32,000 nucleotides of DNA from Methylophaga frappieri (GTDB lineage: Bacteria; Pseudomonadota; Gammaproteobacteria; Nitrosococcales; Methylophagaceae). Shown piece by piece: positions 18,886-27,147 of the stretch. The DNA lies in contig NC_017856.1 in NCBI RefSeq assembly GCF_000260965.1, forward strand, positions 240,001 to 272,000, given 5' to 3'. The notes beneath the pieces were generated by a model that did no database searches, was not told the DNA's origin, and saw only the letters and a program-made list of their open reading frames with translations. The position numbers were made by a program, and so were the translations under genes. The first letter of the stretch is position 1; the number at the start of each line of letters is the position of its first letter.

Positions 18886-20535
18886 TCAGGTCACCGTGGC
18901 CTTTTGTATCTGCTTGAACAAGGCCACATTTTTAACTTCATCTAATGTGGTTAAGCCCCTAACAACTTTTTCACAGCCATCTTGCCACATAAACTTCAAG
19001 CGTGAACCGGCACTGGCCTCCAGTGTCTCTTCATCTGCACCACGCGCAACTAAACGGGCTAATTTCTCATCAAACCAGAGTGTTTCAAATAAGCCCAACC
19101 GGCCTCGAAATCCTTGTCCCTGACACACCGCACACCCAACAGGCTCATATATTTCCACAGCCACTTCACGACCTAATAAGGCTAATTCTTCTTCGGTGGC
19201 TGCTCGGGGTTGCGCGCAATGACGGCAAAGTCGTCTGACAAGACGCTGTGCAATAACAGCGGTCATCGTTGAGCCAATCAAAAACGGTTCACAGCCAATA
19301 TCGACTAAGCGCGTCACCGCACTGACGGCATTGTTTGTATGCAATGTAGAAAAAACCATATGCCCCGTCATCGCCGCTTTAACCGCCACATCGGCGGTTT
19401 CTGCATCACGAATCTCCCCCACCATTAAGACATCGGGGTCATGTCGCAGTAACGAACGCAACGCGTCGGCAAAATTGATTTTAGGGCCAGTTTGAATTTG
19501 CGAAACCCCATCAATCACATATTCAATCGGGTTTTCAACGGTCATAATATTAATATCTGCCGCATTGATTTCCTGCAGCGCGGCAAACAAAGTAGTCGAT
19601 TTACCACTTCCCGTTGGCCCCGTCAGCAAAATCATGCCATATGGCTTTCTTATTGCCTCTTGAAACGCGGCCAAATCCGCTTCAAGAAAGCCTAGGTCGG
19701 TGAGCGTCAAATCACTACTTTCTTGTCCCAGTAGTCGCATGGTGATGCGTTCACCATGTCGAATAGGTGCGGTAGCGACCCGGATATTAAATTCCAAATC
19801 AACGGGGGGGCCAAGATAATAGGTAAACCCACCATCTTGCGGCATCCGTTGCTCCGCAATATCCAATCCAGCCAACACTTTGACACGCGAAATTAGCCCC
19901 GCAGCCATACTGATATCACTCTCCAGGGGATAATCCGTTAATTTTCCATCAACCCGAAACCGAACACGCAAACCGTCATCCTCGGCCATAAAATGCACAT
20001 CGGATGAACGATTAAGATAGGCATCACGCAGTATCCGATCCAATAGCTCAATCAAGTCGGTTTCGGTTGATTCCTGACTGCCCGATTGAGCCTGCACAAT
20101 GGCTGAATTGGCTAATTGGCGTTTGACCATTAATTGCAACTGAGCCGGATCTGCCATCACCACTGGCAAATCACGTCCCATTAATCGGCGAGCTGATTCC
20201 GTCCCATTTCGATCGTGCGGGTCTCCTGTGACCAATAAATCCTCACCATCCAAAATGATTGCTAACAACATTTTGCGGTGAACCAAACTGGCCGGCATTT
20301 TTTTGGTTAAAACCGTGTTGATTTGAGCATGCTGTAAATCGACAAATGGCAACCCTTGCTCTTGGGCAAGAGCACGATGCAGCGCGGAGAGTGGAATACG
20401 ATATTCCGCTAAAACCTTACCCAATATGGGCGTACGCTCACGACGGGACTTGATACGCAGCTCATCAATTTCCGGCTGGGCCAACAGGCCGGTATCGATT
20501 CCTGCTTTTATCAATTGGTCATCGGTTATCGCCAT
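18886..20535 (-). CDS. type IV filament assembly ATPase (GspE/PilB/MshE family)
   Basis: 549 aa with a T2SSE_N-like N-terminus (ILGKVLAEYRIPLSALHRALAQEQGLPFVDL). Walker A is GPTGSGKST, the Asp box/Walker B is DPDVLMVGEIRD, and the His box is TGHMVFSTLHTN. A tetracysteine zinc motif is present (CRHC...CAVC). A GAGAGTAGG Shine-Dalgarno sequence precedes the ATG. Confidence 0.9.
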   Translation of the reverse strand: MAITDDQLIKAGIDTGLLAQPEIDELRIKSRRERTPILGKVLAEYRIPLSALHRALAQEQGLPFVDLQHAQINTVLTKKMPASLVHRKMLLAIILDGEDLLVTGDPHDRNGTESARRLMGRDLPVVMADPAQLQLMVKRQLANSAIVQAQSGSQESTETDLIELLDRILRDAYLNRSSDVHFMAEDDGLRVRFRVDGKLTDYPLESDISMAAGLISRVKVLAGLDIAEQRMPQDGGFTYYLGPPVDLEFNIRVATAPIRHGERITMRLLGQESSDLTLTDLGFLEADLAAFQEAIRKPYGMILLTGPTGSGKSTTLFAALQEINAADINIMTVENPIEYVIDGVSQIQTGPKINFADALRSLLRHDPDVLMVGEIRDAETADVAVKAAMTGHMVFSTLHTNNAVSAVTRLVDIGCEPFLIGSTMTAVIAQRLVRRLCRHCAQPRAATEEELALLGREVAVEIYEPVGCAVCQGQGFRGRLGLFETLWFDEKLARLVARGADEETLEASAGSRLKFMWQDGCEKVVRGLTTLDEVKNVALFKQIQKATVT

Positions 20536-20552
20536 GCCTACTCTCGACTACC

Positions 20553-21215
20553 CTACAACGCTAAAACCAGATCGGTTTTTAATAATTGCGACATACCACG
20601 TAAAGGCGCCACATCCAGTTTTTGAATGTTCACCTGCACCACCGTGACCTGATAAGGCAACTCATCCAACCCATAAATAAATCGTCTCAGAGAGGGAAAA
20701 TCACCATCAATTTCTAATCGTTGCATGGGTCTGGCATACATGGATCCCGGTGACAGCCGTCTTATCCACCCTGCCTCTGGCGGCACAATAATTTCTTCTG
20801 AGCTGGTATTATTGCGTCGATTATTACCCAGTCGAACCGGATCCGGACGCAAATTTTGATTCACCCGAATCCGAATTCCACTATCTCTGGCTAACTCGGA
20901 AATGCGTACCCGTAACTCCTGCGAATCAATCGGTGCCAAGAGCGTTTCCACCTGCTGGGCATTTTCACGCACCGCATCAAGGGCTTTTTCCAAATCATCC
21001 AACTCGGCATTGATATCGTCGATTTTCTCGCGTGGCTCTTCCGGTATTTCCATTGTGGAGATTCGATTCATGGTAGCGTTCTTTTGACGCTCTAAGGCCG
21101 CGATTTGTGTTGAACGTGGGTCATAGCGCAAATAACCATACCCGCCTAACAACACCACAACCAAAATGGCACCCGCCAGCCATTTTTCCCGTTGATTTAA
21201 TTGTTTTAATTTCAT
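20553..21215 (-). CDS. bitopic PilO / GspM / MshJ-like alignment-complex protein (putative)
   Basis: 220 aa. It has a short cytoplasmic N-terminus, one TM segment (WLAGAILVVVLLGGYGYL), a coiled-coil region, and a C-terminal alpha/beta region. ATGA overlap with the upstream gene at 21212-21215. Confidence 0.5.
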   Translation of the reverse strand: MKLKQLNQREKWLAGAILVVVLLGGYGYLRYDPRSTQIAALERQKNATMNRISTMEIPEEPREKIDDINAELDDLEKALDAVRENAQQVETLLAPIDSQELRVRISELARDSGIRIRVNQNLRPDPVRLGNNRRNNTSSEEIIVPPEAGWIRRLSPGSMYARPMQRLEIDGDFPSLRRFIYGLDELPYQVTVVQVNIQKLDVAPLRGMSQLLKTDLVLAL

Positions 21216-22981
21216 GGCGCTTCCTCTTCAATCGGCACCACATGCAAGATACTCATCGATACGGAATAACCACTCATGTTCATCGGACCGATTTTTTCAA
21301 ACACTTGAATATCACGAACCTCCATATCCCACGCTGCCACTGCTAACTTCATATTTTGCACAAATTCCTGACCGGCACTTTCAGTCAAAGCCCAAGCATC
21401 AATATTGAAGTTATCTTTAACAATATGGCCCGGCCGCACTGCGGTCGGAGCAGTATCTGCCTGCACACCAACCCGCCGCCCCATCTCATCTATCCGGTTG
21501 ATGATGATTTGTTCGTTAACGGTATTCTGGATAATGCCCAGCACTGCCTGCACCATCAGTGACCGTTCTGGCATTTCTTGCCCAAAGAAATCCAGCCGTG
21601 ACTCCATCCGGCGCTGACTCTCCTGTTGGGCCTCTAATTCTGCTTGACGCTTATCAATCTCTTCGCGCTGTGCATTAATTCTGGCAACCGCATCATCAAG
21701 CACCTTGGCGCGGGCGTCGATTTCTGCTTTTTCTTTACTGACGTTGTTGTGTTGAATAAACATCACCAGTTCGGCAACCAAAATCAACGCAATAAGGCCA
21801 CCCACCAGTAATGCCGCCTGGTTTTCCTGACGTTTTAATGGCGGCGGCAAGGGGCCCCCCTGACGGATTAAACTAATGCGTTTACCGCCTTTTAAATTGA
21901 AAATATGCCGTGCAGCAGCCATCACGCCCGGCGATAAATACTCCGGATTTTGACTTGGCAAAAGTGACACTTCATGGCCAATCGCTTCTTTAAACTGGGC
22001 TTGCAAATCTGGCAGATTATCGGTCGGACAACTCAGCAAGATTGCTGGATGCTGAGTCAGATTTTCACTGTGATAGGCTTCCAGACAAGCATTGAGCATT
22101 GACTCGGTATGATTCAGGAGATGCCGAACCGAGACCACATTTTGACGATGAAGACGCACTGCCGTCGTGGTGAGTGATGAGGTTTCTAAAATCAACGCAG
22201 ACTTATCGGTTTGCTCCAATAAAGCCAGACTATTGCCAGTCAGCGGCATCAAACCAAGCAACGTTAAATCATGATCATCACACAGCGTTGTCCATTTTTG
22301 GATGGATGAGCTATACGCGGCGCTGACTAACCAGTTCCATACACCGGGCGCATCATCAACCTCACCCTGAGCTGACCAGCCACATTGCACTTCATCATCT
22401 TCATCCCGGAGCCAATCCTGTACCACAAACAAAGATTGAACCTGTTCACGACTGACATAGCCCAGATCCATGGCCAATTCGCCAAACCGTTTGGTTGGGG
22501 TGCGATCAACCGAACGTGGCGCGCCAGTATTTTTGGCTTGTCGTTTTTGAATATCATTGATTTCGACTATTTGCTCATGACTTAACATGCCATGTAATTC
22601 GAGCAAAAAGCCAAGTGTCCATTGAGCTTGATGTTGCATCAAAAGCGGTTCTACTTCCCAGCGAACCAATTCGTGCATTTGCTCAACCGGTTTCGGTTTT
22701 TTGGCCGACACCGGTAATTCAATAATCGCATTCATGGCAGATGGCGTCAGCACCACAACATGCTTGCCTTTCCAGCCCTGCTGGCGCACAGAAAGTAACA
22801 CATGCTCAAATGCCTCAGCCGGATCCAGATGATCGGCTTCCGCCTCTGCTGAGATATACAGGCTTTTCCCTTTTCGACCAAACACGGTACCCCGCAGGAG
22901 CCTCGCATCCCACTCGCAGATAAGAATTTGATGACTGTGAATTTTTGCAAAATGAGCTTTTATATCGTCAACTAAACTCAT
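21212..22981 (-). CDS. PilM+PilN fusion / GspL / MshI-like bitopic protein (putative)
   Basis: 589 aa. A cytoplasmic region of ~385 aa carries PilM/GspL-like strings (VLTPSAMNAIIELPVSAKKPKPVEQMHELVRWEVEPLL). It is followed by one TM segment (ALLVGGLIALILVAELVMFI), a coiled coil, and a periplasmic domain of ~120 aa. Confidence 0.55.
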   Translation of the reverse strand: MSLVDDIKAHFAKIHSHQILICEWDARLLRGTVFGRKGKSLYISAEAEADHLDPAEAFEHVLLSVRQQGWKGKHVVVLTPSAMNAIIELPVSAKKPKPVEQMHELVRWEVEPLLMQHQAQWTLGFLLELHGMLSHEQIVEINDIQKRQAKNTGAPRSVDRTPTKRFGELAMDLGYVSREQVQSLFVVQDWLRDEDDEVQCGWSAQGEVDDAPGVWNWLVSAAYSSSIQKWTTLCDDHDLTLLGLMPLTGNSLALLEQTDKSALILETSSLTTTAVRLHRQNVVSVRHLLNHTESMLNACLEAYHSENLTQHPAILLSCPTDNLPDLQAQFKEAIGHEVSLLPSQNPEYLSPGVMAAARHIFNLKGGKRISLIRQGGPLPPPLKRQENQAALLVGGLIALILVAELVMFIQHNNVSKEKAEIDARAKVLDDAVARINAQREEIDKRQAELEAQQESQRRMESRLDFFGQEMPERSLMVQAVLGIIQNTVNEQIIINRIDEMGRRVGVQADTAPTAVRPGHIVKDNFNIDAWALTESAGQEFVQNMKLAVAAWDMEVRDIQVFEKIGPMNMSGYSVSMSILHVVPIEEEAP

Positions 22982-23172
22982 GCGTTTATCCTGAACTGCA
23001 GATAGGGGGTGGTCAGTAACATTGCAAGCAAGCCATTGGCATAGCTTACTGCTGCGTATGGGGAATAATCTTGCTCGTCAATTTTGGGTAGCAAAATTGC
23101 TGTATCAGTAATGATCGGAACACTCCATTGCACCCTACTTATGCTTAATGAAGAAGCGATATTTTTAATCAT
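22978..23172 (-). CDS. small hypothetical protein (64 aa) embedded in the filament operon
   Basis: With the ATG at 23172 (MIKNIASS...), the ORF makes ATGA overlaps at both ends: 23169-23172 with the 529-aa prepilin stop and 22978-22981 with the next start. It has a C-terminal hydrophobic stretch GLLAMLLTTPYL. I recognised no family. Confidence 0.4.
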   Translation of the reverse strand: MIKNIASSLSISRVQWSVPIITDTAILLPKIDEQDYSPYAAVSYANGLLAMLLTTPYLQFRINA

Positions 23173-24758
23173 AAGCCTCCCCAAAAAAGTGGTTCAGGCT
23201 TAAGCGGTATGCTCGCTCTTGGCACGGCAAAAACTTTTTTTGTAGCAGTTGAAAAGTTACCTTGTTCACAACTAGCGTCGGCATAAACGTACCCGTTACT
23301 ATCACAAACCACTGTCAGGGTATGGATGCCGGCAGGTAGTCTTAAAGAGGCTGGAATAGTTAAATCATTACCGTTTTTAAGTGTACCGGGTGGCACGGCA
23401 AAAGTGTCTCCTGACAATGTCATCACGATGTTATTTTCCAGCGTGAATGTTTCTGAGACCGTTATCTCTGCCCCACCAAGAGTAACTTTACTATCTATGA
23501 CTTCACTACTACTTCCAGCCGGTAAGTCCACTGTAGTATCACCCGGTAATGTCAGTGTCGTCCCGGTAATATTGCTGCCAGGCGGTACATAAATAACCCG
23601 CTTTGACAGGTTACTGGCAATAAAACCTACAACCGCGGTAGAGGCTGTCAATTCCGCGCCTGATGTTGTTGTGACAGTAGAATGATTACCATCTGGTAAT
23701 GGCGATGTTCCATCTGAAGTTTGTAAGTTTGTCATTTGAATTGTGCAGCCACCGGCACAATACGGTGCTATTTGATATTCATCAATATAATCTTCTGGCT
23801 GCGGAGTTACTTCGTCGGTATAGCTAATTACTGTGCCGGGTTGAAGTGTGATTTCATTACCTGCTTTATTCACTGGTATTGAAAATTGAATAAATTCTAA
23901 ATCGGCAACTGGCACAACAATATTCCCAAACTCATCGGTCTCCATGTCAAGGGTTGGGAAAACTGCCGATAGTGATAAATCTAAATCGCGCTCAGTTACT
24001 GTGGCCGGCCATTGAGGTGGTGCTCCATTTTCTGGAAAATTTAATTTCAGCCTGAAATTCGGAGGGGGATCCTGAAGTGGAAGAAAGTTTATAAAGGCAG
24101 CAACGTTTATCCAGTCATTACCAACCGTGACGGTAAAATCATTTAGTTCCAACAATGTGACACTGATATCGTCACTGTTGCTTGATAAATCCAATCCATT
24201 ACTGGTGATATCAACTTGACCACTAAACGCATCGACCTGATAAATCCAGCCATAGTTCAGATGATCCTCGACTGGGTCAGCATCAATATTGTTATAGCCA
24301 TCACGAAAGCTTTTGATACCACTACCTTCCTGATTCGCCCTTAAATAAGGGCCACGCCAGCCAGCGCCAGAGCCTGTTGCCGGATCCAGTTGCCAAATGC
24401 GAATATCATTAGACGGATCATTATCACAGGACGATTCGAAAATACCATTTTCCAGCGAGACAGCGGCACCTAATTCAACTAATTCTCTCAGGCACAACGG
24501 TAAACGGCCCACATCTGAAACAAAACCACTTAATTCAGGCGATCCATTCACTGTTCGACTAGTATCCCCTGCAATTGCTTGTTTAATCAGGTCCAACCGT
24601 TGTTGGGTTTCATCAAATTGCGCCTGTTGTTCTATATTATCGGTAAATAACAAACCGGCAGAAGCCAGCAAACCAACCAAAAATAAAACCAGCACCATCT
24701 CCAGCAGGGTAAAACCGCGAGATTGGTGAAGAGATGACATTGAGGCCCGTATCGTCAT
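23169..24758 (-). CDS. large prepilin-type (class III signal peptide) protein, candidate minor/tip pilin
   Basis: MTIRASMSSLHQSRG/FTLLEMVLVLFLVGLLASAGLLF matches the G/FTLxE prepilin cleavage-methylation motif with Glu5. The mature part is ~514 aa, rich in Thr/Ser/Val/Asn beta-type sequence, with several Cys pairs. Confidence 0.75.
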   Translation of the reverse strand: MTIRASMSSLHQSRGFTLLEMVLVLFLVGLLASAGLLFTDNIEQQAQFDETQQRLDLIKQAIAGDTSRTVNGSPELSGFVSDVGRLPLCLRELVELGAAVSLENGIFESSCDNDPSNDIRIWQLDPATGSGAGWRGPYLRANQEGSGIKSFRDGYNNIDADPVEDHLNYGWIYQVDAFSGQVDITSNGLDLSSNSDDISVTLLELNDFTVTVGNDWINVAAFINFLPLQDPPPNFRLKLNFPENGAPPQWPATVTERDLDLSLSAVFPTLDMETDEFGNIVVPVADLEFIQFSIPVNKAGNEITLQPGTVISYTDEVTPQPEDYIDEYQIAPYCAGGCTIQMTNLQTSDGTSPLPDGNHSTVTTTSGAELTASTAVVGFIASNLSKRVIYVPPGSNITGTTLTLPGDTTVDLPAGSSSEVIDSKVTLGGAEITVSETFTLENNIVMTLSGDTFAVPPGTLKNGNDLTIPASLRLPAGIHTLTVVCDSNGYVYADASCEQGNFSTATKKVFAVPRASIPLKPEPLFWGGL

Positions 24759-24765
24759 CGCCCAA

Positions 24766-25596
24766 TTACCGCAACAGACACAGAATCAGATCATCGCTTC
24801 CGGCAGGCGGGACACACATATCATCAGTAGCCAGATCATATTCATCACTGGCACTTTCCAACACGCCATTCTCCCCCGTGCTGACTAAGCGGACAATATT
24901 GCCCGGAATAATATAATCGGCCGGTAATGCGCCGTCTGTGACCGACTGACAGTTATAGAGATCTGTTGTCCCATCTATCGCCAGTTGACCGGTTACGGTC
25001 GCATGTTCTTGACAATACACGGTTTGGTTGTAGTCCAACTCAGGGTCAAGCAACCGATAACGGTTACCCCAGCCATCCGTCAACGCCTCTTTTGATATAT
25101 AAGGGCCATTCCAGCCAATCTGCCGCGTGCGGTCCCAAAACAACACGCTATGTGCCGCTGCATCATAAGGAAACACGTTTAACATCAAAAGCGCATGACT
25201 GGCTTTGTCTGCCCCACCTGAGTTAGCCTGGGATTGACACCAGGTGTGCCAGTCATCTCTATCGGTATCAGATGGAAAAAGATAGCTACCGCTAAATTGG
25301 TTGCCGTAAGCATTTTCAAAATCAAATGGATTATATTCACCGTCGCGGTAAACACGACAAGGCAATTCGCGGTTATCACGGCGGAATTGCAGCAAGGCTT
25401 TTTGCAGCTCGACCATTTCCAGTCGCGTCACGTTGAATCGAGCCTGATCTTCATTGCCCTCAAAGGCATTCAGCGCCGCAACACTAATCACCGCCAGCAA
25501 CGTAATCACCAACAAAATTTCGATTAGGGTAAAACCCTGCTGTGACTGTCTGCCAGCCGAAAAACTGAGGAGTCGGTTAAACAATAAACGCCGCAT
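24766..25596 (-). CDS. prepilin-type protein (GspG/pseudopilin-like N-terminal region), 276 aa
   Basis: MRRLLFNRLLSFSAGRQSQQG/FTLIEILLVITLLAVISVAALNAF. This is followed by the pseudopilin-like helix LEMVELQKALLQFRRDNRELP. The leader is 21 aa. Confidence 0.8.
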   Translation of the reverse strand: MRRLLFNRLLSFSAGRQSQQGFTLIEILLVITLLAVISVAALNAFEGNEDQARFNVTRLEMVELQKALLQFRRDNRELPCRVYRDGEYNPFDFENAYGNQFSGSYLFPSDTDRDDWHTWCQSQANSGGADKASHALLMLNVFPYDAAAHSVLFWDRTRQIGWNGPYISKEALTDGWGNRYRLLDPELDYNQTVYCQEHATVTGQLAIDGTTDLYNCQSVTDGALPADYIIPGNIVRLVSTGENGVLESASDEYDLATDDMCVPPAGSDDLILCLLR

Positions 25597-25719
25597 TTAC
25601 TTGTTCCCGATTGTGGTCATTTTGTCAGTGCGCTAAGCACACCCCCTGACGCTGCATAACATCCTGTTGATACAAAACGTTCTGCAAATATGCAAGATAT
25701 TGGCGCAACGTTCTGGTTG

Positions 25720-25750
25720 ATAAAGAAAGGGCGGACCAGGCCCGCCCTTT
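25720..25750 (-). terminator. Rho-independent terminator immediately after the 337-aa prepilin gene
   Basis: The minus strand reads AAAGGGCGG-GCCTGGT-CCGCCCTTT followed by CTTTAT. It lies 27 nt after the TAA at 25777-25779. Confidence 0.7.
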
Positions 25751-25776
25751 CATATTTCTCAACTTAAGCGATGAGA

Positions 25777-26790
25777 TTAATCATCATCACCTGCTGAAGA
25801 TTGGTTGGCTTCAGAAACCAACTGGTCGATGTTTTTACCATCGGTAGAAACAATCGTGATCAAACGCAGTTGATCATTCCATTCCCATTCATTATCTACG
25901 TCGTCATATTGACCGGCGTGGAACAGACCGATATAACGCGAATAGTGAATTTCTGGGTTAATCGCGGTATCACCGTCACCAGTTGTCGCGATGTAAGATG
26001 GTGATTGGGCAATCGCCACATTACTAAAGGCGGTAGAGGCCGCAGCATCACCACCAAAGCCCAGCGCGATCAGCGCATGACATTCGTCACCTTCCAGCGC
26101 ATCACCATAAGCATTTTGCAGTTCGTTATTAGAGATTGAAACAGTTGGGTCAAAAGCAGCAGCTGGATAACCACCGGCTGCACCGAAAGTAGTACATTGC
26201 GGGCTAGGAACTACCGCAAGGCTGACCGGAAAATCACCATCTTCGATTTCTACTTCTGCTGAAAGGCCCGCACTTTCGTTATGCATACGGTTTGGTGCGC
26301 CGGTTGGAGAATCATCAACTTCGGCAGCAGCTAAGACTTCTTGCAGCTCTTCAATACCTGACTCTTCAAACATTTCAACCAAAACAGCATCAAGACCAGC
26401 TGAACCAGCGACATCCCATTCGCCGAGGAAACCTTTCATGCCAGAAGCAGCAAAGGTCAGTTCATCGCCAGCCGCATCCATCAGGGTATCCCATTGATTT
26501 GGATAGACATTTTCTACCGCACGGTAGGTCCGAATTGCACGGTCAAGTGTCCCGATTGTATTCGCAGCTTGGGCTGCTTCCGCAGATTCACCAACATTTT
26601 CGTAGGCAACCAGCGCACCTGTTGCCAAAATAGCGATCAGGGTGATAACAACTAATAGCTCAAGTAAAGTAAAACCTTTTTCTTTACCTTGCAGTTTTTG
26701 CGCTTTGGCACGCAGTTTTGCATCTTTGATGACTGACAAATCCGCTTTACGGAATTTGGCAATCGCCGATTTCATTTGATTGATATTCAT
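25777..26790 (-). CDS. very large, highly acidic prepilin-type protein with a 39-aa basic leader (candidate major filament subunit)
   Basis: The leader is MNINQMKSAIAKFRKADLSVIKDAKLRAKAQKLQGKEKG, followed by /FTLLELLVVITLIAILATGALVAYEN. The mature part is 298 aa, with only about 8 Lys/Arg against several dozen Asp/Glu by my count. It has one Cys pair (SPQC...DEC) and its own terminator downstream. Confidence 0.8.
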   Translation of the reverse strand: MNINQMKSAIAKFRKADLSVIKDAKLRAKAQKLQGKEKGFTLLELLVVITLIAILATGALVAYENVGESAEAAQAANTIGTLDRAIRTYRAVENVYPNQWDTLMDAAGDELTFAASGMKGFLGEWDVAGSAGLDAVLVEMFEESGIEELQEVLAAAEVDDSPTGAPNRMHNESAGLSAEVEIEDGDFPVSLAVVPSPQCTTFGAAGGYPAAAFDPTVSISNNELQNAYGDALEGDECHALIALGFGGDAAASTAFSNVAIAQSPSYIATTGDGDTAINPEIHYSRYIGLFHAGQYDDVDNEWEWNDQLRLITIVSTDGKNIDQLVSEANQSSAGDDD

Positions 26791-26952
26791 CGAATAATCT
26801 CTCTCTTTGATGCCGCAGCTACCCCGAGCAGCCTGTTGGCTAAATGGTTAAATAAAGATTCAAACTGATGTGACCCCTTCACACTCATGGTCATCAAAGT
26901 AATGTGGTGAGCCGAGTTACAATGTTTGTTTTGCTGATTCACGCCAAACCCC

Positions 26953-27147
26953 TCAGGCAGACTGCGGTGCATCAATGACAAACCGGTACTGCTTACCACA
27001 ATGTAGAATCACTTCTTTTTGATGACGCTTGAGGATCCGTACCTCAACCCGAATATCGCCATAACCATCATGGGCAAGCACCTCATCAACCAAATCCATC
27101 AGCTTAGCTTTTACCGGCTGTGAGGAATTTTGACTGGTTAATGACAT
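26953..27147 (-). CDS. small YezD/DUF2292-like protein (64 aa from the ATG; the track ORF starts at an upstream TTG)
   Basis: MSLTSQNSSQPVKAKLMDLVDEVLAHDGYGDIRVEVRILKRHQKEVILHCGKQYRFVI. The G-x-hydrophobic beta-hairpin pattern resembles YezD-type mini-proteins (...YGSVxIxIxxGxVVxIExxEKxR). The ATG at 27147 is preferred to the TTG at 27168. Confidence 0.4.
   Translation of the reverse strand: MSLTSQNSSQPVKAKLMDLVDEVLAHDGYGDIRVEVRILKRHQKEVILHCGKQYRFVIDAPQSA

Noticed and set aside
20340-20535. Possible MshEN-type c-di-GMP binding motif in the ATPase N-terminus
   Set aside because: Only one half-motif is loosely matched (ILGKVLAEYRIPLSALHRALAQEQ) and the first repeat lacks the RLG core. This is the generic T2SSE_N pattern, and binding cannot be inferred by eye.
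26935-26950. Sigma-54-like element on the minus strand upstream of the major prepilin (TGGCGTGAATCAGCA)
   Set aside because: The GG and GC dinucleotides are one base closer than in the TGGCAC-N5-TTGC consensus. Sigma-54 spacing is essentially invariant, and the locus regulator is NarL-type, not an NtrC-type enhancer-binding protein.
26787-26999. 70-aa minus-strand ORF spanning the gap between the YezD-like ORF and the prepilin
   Set aside because: It overlaps the 3' end of the YezD-like ORF and the prepilin start in another frame. It has no Shine-Dalgarno sequence or recognisable features and more probably lies in the 5' leader of the prepilin mRNA.
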